64,000 nt of DNA, taken from NCBI GenBank assembly GCA_963826535.1, contig CAWGXL010000010.1, positions 298,814 to 362,813 of the forward strand, given 5' to 3'. Shown in pieces: positions 47,210 to 55,961 of this stretch (position 1 is the stretch's first letter; each line of letters opens with the position of its first letter). Source of the DNA: an uncultured bacterium. Lineage in GTDB: Bacteria; Patescibacteriota; Microgenomatia; Levybacterales; UBA12049. The notes under the pieces were generated by a model, which saw nothing but the letters and a program-made list of their open reading frames with translations, did no database searches and was not told the origin of the DNA. A program made the position numbers and the translations under genes.

Positions 47210-48523
47210 ATGAGTAAAAAGGATCTAACTGAAATTATATATAAATCAATGTTATCAATGGCAACAGAGGAGGGAATTAATGCCTCAGGAAAAGAAGAAA
47301 TCTTTGGTTGCATTTTTGGTCGTGATAGTTTTATAACCATCCTAAAACTTCTAAAGGTCGTAGCCAATAAAGACGCTCAAAACACAATTGATGTTTCCCC
47401 GTTAAAAGAGATGTCGAAAAGAGCGCTAACCACCTTAATTAGCCTGCAAGGAAGAGAAACTAACCTCGAAAGCGGCGAAGAACCAGGTAAATTTATCCAT
47501 GAGTACCGCAAAGACAAATACGAACGTCTCGTAAATCGGTCTGTTCGTCCATGGTTTTTATACCCGGATAAAATTCTGCGCAATTATGATTCTCTTGATT
47601 CCACCCCTTTGGGTCTTATCGCGATCTATAAGTTTTGGCATACGACCGGAGACGATGCTTTTCTTATTAAATCACTACCATCAATTGAAGCAGGATTAAA
47701 CTGGATAATTACTTATGGAGATAGGGATAAAGACCAGCTTCTCGAGTATGAATTTCCAAAAAATCGCATTCATGGTGGCTTACAAGTCCAGTCATGGACC
47801 GATTCTAAGGAATCCTTACTTAGCTTAGATGGTACTTTCCCAATGTATCCAATTGCCCCCGTTGAAGTTCAGGGATACGCGTGGTTAGCTCTTAAATTAT
47901 GGTCTGATTTCTATAATGATCCATCTCATAAATATACCGGGTCTGAAAATTTCTCTCGCAAATTGAGTAAATATGCAAATCAGATGAAAAAAAAATTTAA
48001 CGAGTGTTTCATATTCGAATCAGAACGATTAAACTATCCCTCGCAGGCATTAGACGGGCAAAAAAAACAAATTCAAACAGTCACAGGTAATCCACTTCTA
48101 CTTCTATGGGCAACTTATGAGAACCAGGGACAACCGGAATCAATTATATACAATGAATACATCCCTCACTTAGTAGAACGGGTATTCAAAGGCGACATGT
48201 TTGATATAGACGCCGGTATTAGGACTATGAGCGCAATGGCTTCCACTTATATCGAAGGCCAAAATTCCTATCACAACGGAAGTTTCTGGCCAAAACTCAA
48301 TGGCCTAAGCCATGAAGGATTAAGTAATTGGGGATATATCAAGGAAGCTAATCTATTGCATAATGCAACTTTAAGACCCATAGAATTCTTCGGTTCTGCA
48401 ATCGAAGTATATGTAAAATCTGTCTCAGGTCAATACCTTCCATATCGTAATGAAAGTGGCCGGGAAGGCTGCCGTCAACAAGCCTGGTCCGCCGCCGCCG
48501 CCCTCGATCTCCTCACCTTATAA
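47210..48523 (+). CDS. (alpha/alpha)6-barrel glycoside hydrolase, GH15 / amylo-alpha-1,6-glucosidase-like
   Basis: IFGCIFGRDSFITILKLL resembles the xWGRD/WxRD motif of GH15 and GDE_C. 437 aa. The family call is tentative. Confidence 0.55.
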   Translation: MSKKDLTEIIYKSMLSMATEEGINASGKEEIFGCIFGRDSFITILKLLKVVANKDAQNTIDVSPLKEMSKRALTTLISLQGRETNLESGEEPGKFIHEYRKDKYERLVNRSVRPWFLYPDKILRNYDSLDSTPLGLIAIYKFWHTTGDDAFLIKSLPSIEAGLNWIITYGDRDKDQLLEYEFPKNRIHGGLQVQSWTDSKESLLSLDGTFPMYPIAPVEVQGYAWLALKLWSDFYNDPSHKYTGSENFSRKLSKYANQMKKKFNECFIFESERLNYPSQALDGQKKQIQTVTGNPLLLLWATYENQGQPESIIYNEYIPHLVERVFKGDMFDIDAGIRTMSAMASTYIEGQNSYHNGSFWPKLNGLSHEGLSNWGYIKEANLLHNATLRPIEFFGSAIEVYVKSVSGQYLPYRNESGREGCRQQAWSAAAALDLLTL

Positions 48524-48715
48524 GACATACGGCCTAAGAGTTTCGCCACGCAATAGTTTTTAGGAATTAATCCAAGTATGATTTCCAAACTAATTTAATC
48601 CAATTTTCAGACAATTTCGAGGCTCGTTTTTTAAGTATATTCTTTTATGGTTTTTTTGCGTGCTCGACTACTGGTTGAATATTATTAATATATATTATAT
48701 AATATAGGTCATTAT

Positions 48716-50161
48716 ATGGCAGAAAAAGAAACAAGAGGGCAAGGTAATCAAGAAGTAGCCGAAAATAAAGTACCAACTGCAGCTTTCTCAGAGCGGAAAA
48801 TTTTTATTGCTCAAGGAAAAGGAGCCGAACGGTTCGCTGAAAGAATGAGAGCAACTGATCCTGATGAATTACAGCGATTACTAGAGCAAAGAGAAAAATA
48901 TGAACCACCGAAACTAATTGATGCAGTGCGGGACGGATTTCGCCGGGTAAGTCGGGATCTTATAGGGCGAGAAGACACTTTGAACCAGACTTTTTTGGCA
49001 CTGCTTACCCGCGAACATCAGCTTATTTATAGCAAAGCAGGCACAGCGAAAACTTTGTTGGCTTCATCGGTATTTAATCAATTCGATAATGCAAGAGTAT
49101 TTTCTATTCAGTTTACAAAAGGAACCCCAGAAGAGGCTGTAGTAGGCGGAGTGGATTTAACTGAATTAAAAAATGGAAGGGTAAAACATAATACTAGAGG
49201 AACAATTGTAGATGCCAGACTAGCCTTTTTGGATGAACTATTTGACGCAAATGATGTGACGCTTCGGTCTATTCTCGGAATCCTTAACGAGAGGTGGTTT
49301 AAAAAGGGAAGTCAAGAAGAAAGAGCATTAATGCATACAGCTATAGCCGCGACTAATTATATCCGCTCTACAGATGTAACTGAGGCAGTAATAGATCGTT
49401 TTGCTTTTAGATCTTTCATAATCCCCAATCAAAATGCATATGATTTATTACGTATAGATAAGGCATATGCAGAATCAGTCGGTAAAGTCCGACAACCGAA
49501 TAAAAAAATTCCATTTGATTATATTGATTACCTGGCTGATATAGTTGAAGGAGAAATTGAAGGGAGAGAGATTAAGTCTCCACCCCATGTTCTATTTTTA
49601 AAAAATGAAATCATAAGAGAGTATCTTGATTTAATAAATACTGACAGAAAGGCAAATGATAAACCTGAACTATACTTAAGTCCAAGGACTATTGCGAAAG
49701 CTCGGGATGTATTGAATGCATCCGCATTGCTCCATAACCGTCAAGAGACGACTATAGAAGATCTAAATGCATTGAAATATATGATCTGTACACTAGGAAG
49801 TCCTGATGAAGATCAAGTGAAGGTATTTGAAAACGCAAAAAGGAATGTTAAAGGATCTGTAAACAGACATGATCTTGAAACTGTTGATACTTTAATAAAT
49901 ACAAATGATGTGCTTGAACAAATTATTGAAGCAAAAGAAACCGGAATACCACTGGATCTTAGACTTCTGGATAGAATAAAACTTTTTCTCGGAATAACAT
50001 CACTGTCGGAATTAACTTTTTCACAAATAGTCCAGGTTGTAAATAGGGCAAGACCATCGAATCCGAGAGTTGCAGAGATTCAAAAAGGGATAGCTTCACG
50101 CATGGCTATTGAAGCCCAGCGCTTTGCATCAACAGGCACTAATAATCCTAATCTTTTTTAA
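48716..50161 (+). CDS. MoxR/AAA_5-like AAA+ ATPase with N- and C-terminal extensions
   Basis: LIGREDTLNQTFLALLTREHQLIYSKAGTAKTLLASSVF (P-loop variant of GvPGtAKT). Walker B RLAFLDELFDAN. 481 aa, versus about 300 for canonical MoxR. Confidence 0.6.
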   Translation: MAEKETRGQGNQEVAENKVPTAAFSERKIFIAQGKGAERFAERMRATDPDELQRLLEQREKYEPPKLIDAVRDGFRRVSRDLIGREDTLNQTFLALLTREHQLIYSKAGTAKTLLASSVFNQFDNARVFSIQFTKGTPEEAVVGGVDLTELKNGRVKHNTRGTIVDARLAFLDELFDANDVTLRSILGILNERWFKKGSQEERALMHTAIAATNYIRSTDVTEAVIDRFAFRSFIIPNQNAYDLLRIDKAYAESVGKVRQPNKKIPFDYIDYLADIVEGEIEGREIKSPPHVLFLKNEIIREYLDLINTDRKANDKPELYLSPRTIAKARDVLNASALLHNRQETTIEDLNALKYMICTLGSPDEDQVKVFENAKRNVKGSVNRHDLETVDTLINTNDVLEQIIEAKETGIPLDLRLLDRIKLFLGITSLSELTFSQIVQVVNRARPSNPRVAEIQKGIASRMAIEAQRFASTGTNNPNLF

Positions 50162-50177
50162 TAGATAGCTTACTATT

Positions 50178-51815
50178 ATGAGCCATGAGAAAGCCGCATA
50201 TGATAAATCAAATGTTATTCAAACTCCTGAAAAACCAATAGATTCTCCCCTAAGGCAATATATCACTTCATTCGGTATAGATCCGATCAAGGAGCTTTTT
50301 CCGCAAGATATTGTAGTCTTTTCTGCAGCAAAAAAACTTGAGAGATTTATCGATGATATAACGATCAAGACAGCCAGAAAACGAGCTCCTGAACAAAAAA
50401 CAATCAAAGTTGAAAGATTGGTGGAGGAACAGATACAGCATACTTCATATATAGAAGGTGAAGAAATTTCAAGAACGCCTGCAGACTCTATGGATGTCGG
50501 GCAAATTCAGAATCCAACTGACTTACCGGAGATTTTACCGGCACAGTGGGTAGAAGCAGAGGTCGCGCCTGACTACTTTGTAAAGAAGCTTTTGGAGAAA
50601 CGATTATTAAAAAGAGTTTGGATTGAAAAAACACGAAAACCTGTAATTTCATTTGAGACCGTACAAAAAAAGAAAATGGTTGAAGAGCCCGCTCCGCCTG
50701 AGGATGAAAAACGGTTTGCCTATGTATTGCTGGATAAATCAGGATCAATGAATCGAGGCGGCAAGCAAATTGCCGGAAAATCGTTAGCTCTTGCTTTTCT
50801 TCGTAAAGGCAAAATAGAGCGGTCTGAGTTGTATTTTCGAGCATTCAATTATATTCCGGAAGAAATGCATGAAGGAAAAACAGATGAAGGATTTAAAAAA
50901 TTGGCTTTAAAAATCCTACGAACAGATAATGACGGTGATACAGATATTCAACTTGCTCTTGAAAAAGCAGTAGAAGATATTAATTCGGGCGGAAAGTTTG
51001 CATATGCAGATATTTTATTAATTACCGACGGGCTTTCCAGACTTGAAAATAATCCTTTAGGTAAGGTAAAACTTCATACCGTCAGATTGGCACAATCGGA
51101 TAAGGACTTATTTGAATCTGAAGAAACTCAATTAAAAAAATTGAAAGCATGGAGTAAAAATTATAAATTGGTAGACCCATCCGAGTTCCAGGACGAACAT
51201 ACAAAACCAGAAGAAGAAAAAGAATTGGAGATTGAAGTACTAAAATCTCTACCTGACCGATTTTCCAAGCCAAAAAGCCTAAGTGAACTAAAAAAACTTA
51301 TGCAATCGAGAGGCCATATCGAGGACGCACTTCAATATGGCCAATCAGTTAAGGGTAGCTCAGCTTTAACTTCAGAACAGTTAATTGATCTTGACGATAT
51401 CATCTCCCAGCTTAATGATTTGAGAGATTCATCCGCAATGCAAAAACATATTGAGGAATACGAGCAACAGCAAAAAATAAAGGAAAGTAATGAAGCCAAG
51501 AAGAAAAGACGATTGGAACGCATACGTAAAAAACAAGAAGCAGAAACAGAACAAATTCTTAAGCAATTAGAGGAATTAACAGAGAAAATCCCCAATGTAG
51601 AAATTCCTTCTGAGCCGGTTAGTCCCCGCTCAAATTCGTCTACAACTGTTCATGAATCACCTGAAGAATTATTAAATAAATTAAAACAATTGACTAACAC
51701 AGAGTCAAGCGTGGATTATCCGGAGGAGACAAAGACTGCATCGAATAACCCAAATCAAAAATCTAATATAATTCAAACAATTGCAAATTGGATCAAAAAG
51801 AGATTTGGAAGATAA
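50178..51815 (+). CDS. von Willebrand factor A (VWA) domain protein, partner of the MoxR-like ATPase
   Basis: MIDAS YVLLDKSGSMNRGGK...ILLITDGLS. Long Lys/Glu-rich coiled-coil C-terminus. Confidence 0.65.
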   Translation: MSHEKAAYDKSNVIQTPEKPIDSPLRQYITSFGIDPIKELFPQDIVVFSAAKKLERFIDDITIKTARKRAPEQKTIKVERLVEEQIQHTSYIEGEEISRTPADSMDVGQIQNPTDLPEILPAQWVEAEVAPDYFVKKLLEKRLLKRVWIEKTRKPVISFETVQKKKMVEEPAPPEDEKRFAYVLLDKSGSMNRGGKQIAGKSLALAFLRKGKIERSELYFRAFNYIPEEMHEGKTDEGFKKLALKILRTDNDGDTDIQLALEKAVEDINSGGKFAYADILLITDGLSRLENNPLGKVKLHTVRLAQSDKDLFESEETQLKKLKAWSKNYKLVDPSEFQDEHTKPEEEKELEIEVLKSLPDRFSKPKSLSELKKLMQSRGHIEDALQYGQSVKGSSALTSEQLIDLDDIISQLNDLRDSSAMQKHIEEYEQQQKIKESNEAKKKRRLERIRKKQEAETEQILKQLEELTEKIPNVEIPSEPVSPRSNSSTTVHESPEELLNKLKQLTNTESSVDYPEETKTASNNPNQKSNIIQTIANWIKKRFGR

Positions 51816-51851
51816 TTTTTATCCAAAGTGGAATACAAACCCTATTTTTAC

Positions 51852-52523
51852 CTACTCTTTTATCATATACCCAAACCCTCTAACCGAATGCAGAAGTTGC
51901 TTAGCATAACCTGTATCAACTTTCTTTCTAAGATATCCCATATAAACATCAACAACTCGTGTTTCAACATCTGTTGAGTAGAGCCAGATTCGCGAAAGTA
52001 TCATTTCCCGTGTAAGAATTCTACCTTTATTACTCATTAAGTATTGTAGAAGCTTATATTCCTGAGGTGTAAGCTGGATCAACTTACCAAGTCGTTTTAC
52101 TTCAAGAGTTTTACTATTTAGCTCCAAGTCCGCTATTTTTAGAACCGCATCATTATTACCTTGCTTTCGCAGTCTTGCTTTAATTCTTGCCAGGAATTCA
52201 TCCGCCACAAAAGGTTTAGTGATATAGTCATCTGCGCCAAAATTCAACCCTTTTACAATATCTGTTACCGCGTCCTTAGCTGTAAGGACAATAATTGGCA
52301 GATCTTTATGTTTTTTCCTTACTTCCTGGCAAACCGTCTCTCCGCTCATCGTCGGTAATCCCAAATCCAACACCATGAGATCAGGTACAGTTCTTTGAAA
52401 ATAATCTAGTGCGGCGATCCCGTCACCGGCAGTATGTACAGCATATCCATTATCCAAAAGTAGTTCTTTGAGATATTTTTGCAATCCGCGATCATCCTCA
52501 ACAACAAGAATCGTATAATTCAT
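51852..52523 (-). CDS. OmpR-family response regulator (REC + winged helix)
   Basis: ILVVEDDRGLQKYL...DLMVLDLGLPTMSGE...IIVLTAKD. C-terminal trans_reg_C domain. Confidence 0.9.
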   Translation of the reverse strand: MNYTILVVEDDRGLQKYLKELLLDNGYAVHTAGDGIAALDYFQRTVPDLMVLDLGLPTMSGETVCQEVRKKHKDLPIIVLTAKDAVTDIVKGLNFGADDYITKPFVADEFLARIKARLRKQGNNDAVLKIADLELNSKTLEVKRLGKLIQLTPQEYKLLQYLMSNKGRILTREMILSRIWLYSTDVETRVVDVYMGYLRKKVDTGYAKQLLHSVRGFGYMIKE

Positions 52524-52615
52524 ATTCGGATAATGGAATTATAGCAAGTGAAAGCAAGTAGAGCAATAGAATAAGTGAATTCTATTGCAAGAATATTCTT
52601 ATCCGGCTTTCACAA

Positions 52616-52650
52616 TTCTTACATGATTCTGCTTGTATTTCTTACATGAG
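52616..52650. promoter_or_regulatory. Direct repeats TTCTTACATGA(T/G), one at 52616-52627 and one at 52639-52650 (starts 23 bp apart), in the divergent promoter region
   Basis: 11/12-identical direct repeat next to TTGACA at 52651-52656. This is OmpR-box-like geometry between the RR gene and the GH18/GH19 gene. Confidence 0.4.
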
Positions 52651-52669
52651 CTTGACAGAGCTGTGAATT

Positions 52670-54196
52670 GTGTTAAACTTTTGCCATCCTCTATTTATGA
52701 TTTTTTTTCTGCCCAAAAGAAAATTAAAGGTAAAAATTTCCAATTATCTCCATGCAATTTATAAAAAAAGCCGAAAGCGTCCCTTTGAATTCAGCTGGAC
52801 TTATATTACCTGCTCCTTAAGCGTCATTTGCTTACTCCTTATTTTTTCGTATAATCCCGTTACCACTGCACAATTCTTTCTATCATTTATACAACAGACT
52901 CAAAATAAACCTGTCGAAAAAACATTTAGTTTTATTCCCGGATCAGCACCAAATAAATTTGATAATATAGTTTTACAAAACCTAACACTTTTATCCTTCT
53001 ACGATTTACCTTTTAACACTGACGGCTCGCTTAATACAGAAGTAACGGGCTATGAGTCATTCTATAGCGAAAGAGCAAATTTACTTTTTCAATCAGCTAA
53101 AGAAAAAGGCACAAAAGTTCATGCGACTCTCACTCAAACCTATAACGACGACATTTATGAATTTCTCAATAGCCAAAAAGCGCAGGATAAATTATATGAA
53201 CAAGCAGCTCAGGCGGTACGTGACACAAATATTGATGGAATTACAATAAATGTAGAGTTTGCAGGAGACGCAAACTCAGAATACAAAAACAAGTTTAGCA
53301 ATTTTGTTGCCAAATTTACTGAATACATGCACAACAATATTCCTGGTTCAACCGTAGCAATCGCTCTGCCAAGCAATATACAAAAAAACAGTATTTATGA
53401 TATTAAAGAACTAGCCTCAGCTTCTGATTATACCCTGATAATAGCATATGATTTTGCCGTTCCGGAATCCCAAAATACAGGACTCAGGTCCCCTGTTTTT
53501 GGATTTAATAGTGTTGATTATCAAAAAATTCTTGTAAAAGCTACAACCAATTTTCAGGACGTTGTTCCTTTGAATAAACTTGTCATGGAACGTGCGTGGT
53601 ATGGCAATGGCGATAATTACCATCTTTATTCCTCTAATAATACTCCCTTGTATAATGAGACCACAAATACTCTAAATGCAACTTTATCAACCAACACTAT
53701 TGAGAGACTAATCTCGGATGTGCCGCTTGATGCCCAAAGCGCTGCAAGAAAAAATTTGCCTTTTATTCTTAATGCACTAAAAAATGAAAATATACTCAAT
53801 GCCAATGTTCTCGCTTATGCTTTAGCGACAATTCAACACGAAACAGCAAACACATTTGAACCGATAGATGAATATAAAGGACGCAAAAGTGCGCGCAGAC
53901 TTGGCTATGAAGGTGGAACAAACTATTTCGGTCGCGGTTTTATTCAGTTAACACATCTTCGCAATTACGAAAAAATGGGAAATCGGATCGGAATCGGCAA
54001 CAAACTGGTCAAAAACCCAAACCTTGCATCCAGTTCTGACATTGCTGCAAGAATTTTAGCAGCTTACTTTAAAGACTTTGGAATTGCCGAGCTTGCAACA
54101 AATGGTAATTTTATAGACGCGCGTACACTGATAAACCCTGACTACTATGGAGAAATAATCGCCCAAATTGCGTACGTATATCTAAACGCGATATAG
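52670..54196 (+). CDS. Membrane-anchored dual glycoside hydrolase: variant GH18 domain + GH19 (lysozyme/chitinase-like) domain
   Basis: GH18-like DGITINVEF (DxxDxDxE with D to T/N) and LIIAYDFAVPESQNTGLRSPVF (MxYD...tG..apL). GH19-like ATIQHETANTFEP and FGRGFIQLTHLRNYEKMG (compare FGRGPIQLSWNYNY). N-terminal TM anchor. The start codon is uncertain. Confidence 0.6.
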   Translation: MLNFCHPLFMIFFLPKRKLKVKISNYLHAIYKKSRKRPFEFSWTYITCSLSVICLLLIFSYNPVTTAQFFLSFIQQTQNKPVEKTFSFIPGSAPNKFDNIVLQNLTLLSFYDLPFNTDGSLNTEVTGYESFYSERANLLFQSAKEKGTKVHATLTQTYNDDIYEFLNSQKAQDKLYEQAAQAVRDTNIDGITINVEFAGDANSEYKNKFSNFVAKFTEYMHNNIPGSTVAIALPSNIQKNSIYDIKELASASDYTLIIAYDFAVPESQNTGLRSPVFGFNSVDYQKILVKATTNFQDVVPLNKLVMERAWYGNGDNYHLYSSNNTPLYNETTNTLNATLSTNTIERLISDVPLDAQSAARKNLPFILNALKNENILNANVLAYALATIQHETANTFEPIDEYKGRKSARRLGYEGGTNYFGRGFIQLTHLRNYEKMGNRIGIGNKLVKNPNLASSSDIAARILAAYFKDFGIAELATNGNFIDARTLINPDYYGEIIAQIAYVYLNAI

Positions 54197-54217
54197 TAAA
54201 CAGCTAAATTTAAATAT

Positions 54218-55297
54218 ATGTTAAACAAATATCAGGAATTACCAAAATTCATCAAAGTATTTTTCATGACATTTACTTCAATGTTTCTCATAGTTGCTCT
54301 ACAACATTTAGGGTTCAGATTACCACTATTGCAACATTTTAAAATGCAGATCAATCTGGTAAGTCCTCTACCGGAAAAAAACTATTTTCTGGACACCGTA
54401 CTTCCCCTGCTTGAACAAAAAAAAATGCAATTTGAATTAAAAAATGATACATCTCTTATTCCCCAATCATATGCGGCTGGTGAATTAGATGCCGACACAG
54501 CCAATGCGTATACGGTTATCGATCTAGATACCGGACTGATTTTATTCGAAAAAAATGGTGAGAAAAGGTTTGCTGTTGCTTCATTGACTAAAATTATGAC
54601 TGCTTTAACCGCTCTAGACCTTGCTTCGCCCAATGAAATATTCACTATTGAAAAACGCGCAACAAGAGCTATACCCTCAGTTATTGGCGTAACAGAAGGC
54701 GAAAAATTAACGCTTACTGAATTACTTAACGGCGCACTACTAATGTCAGGCAATGATGCCGCCGAGGCGATTCGGGATGGAATTGATGCAAAATACGGTG
54801 AGCTTGTTTTTATTAGAGCAATGAATGAAAAAGCAAAATTTTTAGGCCTTGTAAATTCCAACTTTAGTAATCCGCAAGGATTCGATTATGGAAATAATCA
54901 CAGCAGTGCGCATGATATGGCTAGACTCACACAATATGCCTTGACCCAATATCCTCTTATAAATAGCATAGTAAAACAGGATTATCTGACAATCCCTTCA
55001 AATGCCAATCACAAAGAATTTGAGATGAAAAACTGGAATGGATTGATTGGAGTTTATCCGGGTGCTCAAGGGGTAAAAATCGGATTTACCGAATCTGCCG
55101 GAAAAACTACAATAGTAGTCGCGAATAGAAACGGGAAAAATATCTTAGTCGTCCTCCTCGGAGCTCCCGGCATTTTAGAAAGAGATCTCTGGGCAGCCCA
55201 ACTTCTCGACCTTGGCTTCCAAAAGTCAATTGGCCTTGAACCGGTAAATATTACCGAAGAACAACTACAAATAAAATACGCAAGCTGGTATAATTAA
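54218..55297 (+). CDS. D-alanyl-D-alanine carboxypeptidase (S11, PBP5/6-like)
   Basis: SxxK ASLTKIM. SxN MSGNDAAEAI. KTG KIGFTESAGK. Confidence 0.85.
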   Translation: MLNKYQELPKFIKVFFMTFTSMFLIVALQHLGFRLPLLQHFKMQINLVSPLPEKNYFLDTVLPLLEQKKMQFELKNDTSLIPQSYAAGELDADTANAYTVIDLDTGLILFEKNGEKRFAVASLTKIMTALTALDLASPNEIFTIEKRATRAIPSVIGVTEGEKLTLTELLNGALLMSGNDAAEAIRDGIDAKYGELVFIRAMNEKAKFLGLVNSNFSNPQGFDYGNNHSSAHDMARLTQYALTQYPLINSIVKQDYLTIPSNANHKEFEMKNWNGLIGVYPGAQGVKIGFTESAGKTTIVVANRNGKNILVVLLGAPGILERDLWAAQLLDLGFQKSIGLEPVNITEEQLQIKYASWYN

Positions 55298-55306
55298 CTC
55301 CTCTAA

Positions 55307-55864
55307 ATGATTAAACAAAATAAACAAAAAGCCCTCGATAAAATTGCCAGGGAAATTAATAACTGCGAAACCTGTAAACTAGGAAAAAGCGGCAAAGCAG
55401 TTCCGGGTGAAGGTAATCCTGATGCAAACATTATTTTTATAGGAGAGGCGCCTGGTAGAAAAGAAGCCGAGTCAGGACGACCCTTTATCGGCAGATCCGG
55501 ACAATTACTCCGCTCAATGATTAGAGACTTGGGTTTGGATGATGTAAAAGATGTCTTTATCACAAGTCCTGTAAAATATTTACCTGACCGTGGCACTCCG
55601 ACCCCAACTGACATTAAACACGGAAGAATCCATCTCATGCAACAGCTAGAATTAATTAATCCTAAATTAATTGTCCTACTTGGAGGCGTTGCGACACGAG
55701 GTATTCTGGAAGAAATTATACCGGTTAAGAAAATGCATGGACAAATTATTGATCGCAATCAAAAAAAATATTTTATCACCCTCCACCCTGCTGCCGCCCT
55801 TCGCTTCCCTCCCCTTAAAATATTAATAAAAGAGGACTTCATAAAACTGAAAAAATTAGTATAA
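55307..55864 (+). CDS. Uracil-DNA glycosylase family 4
   Basis: CETCKLGKSGKAVPGEGNPDANIIFIGEAPGRKE...GRSGQLL. Confidence 0.85.
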   Translation: MIKQNKQKALDKIAREINNCETCKLGKSGKAVPGEGNPDANIIFIGEAPGRKEAESGRPFIGRSGQLLRSMIRDLGLDDVKDVFITSPVKYLPDRGTPTPTDIKHGRIHLMQQLELINPKLIVLLGGVATRGILEEIIPVKKMHGQIIDRNQKKYFITLHPAAALRFPPLKILIKEDFIKLKKLV

Positions 55865-55961
55865 CTAAACCCAATATCTTACCTAATTCTATCCAACTTT
55901 TTACACCTGTTAAGTTACAAACTTTATAGTATACCTATACACAGATTTAAATTTAACAAAA

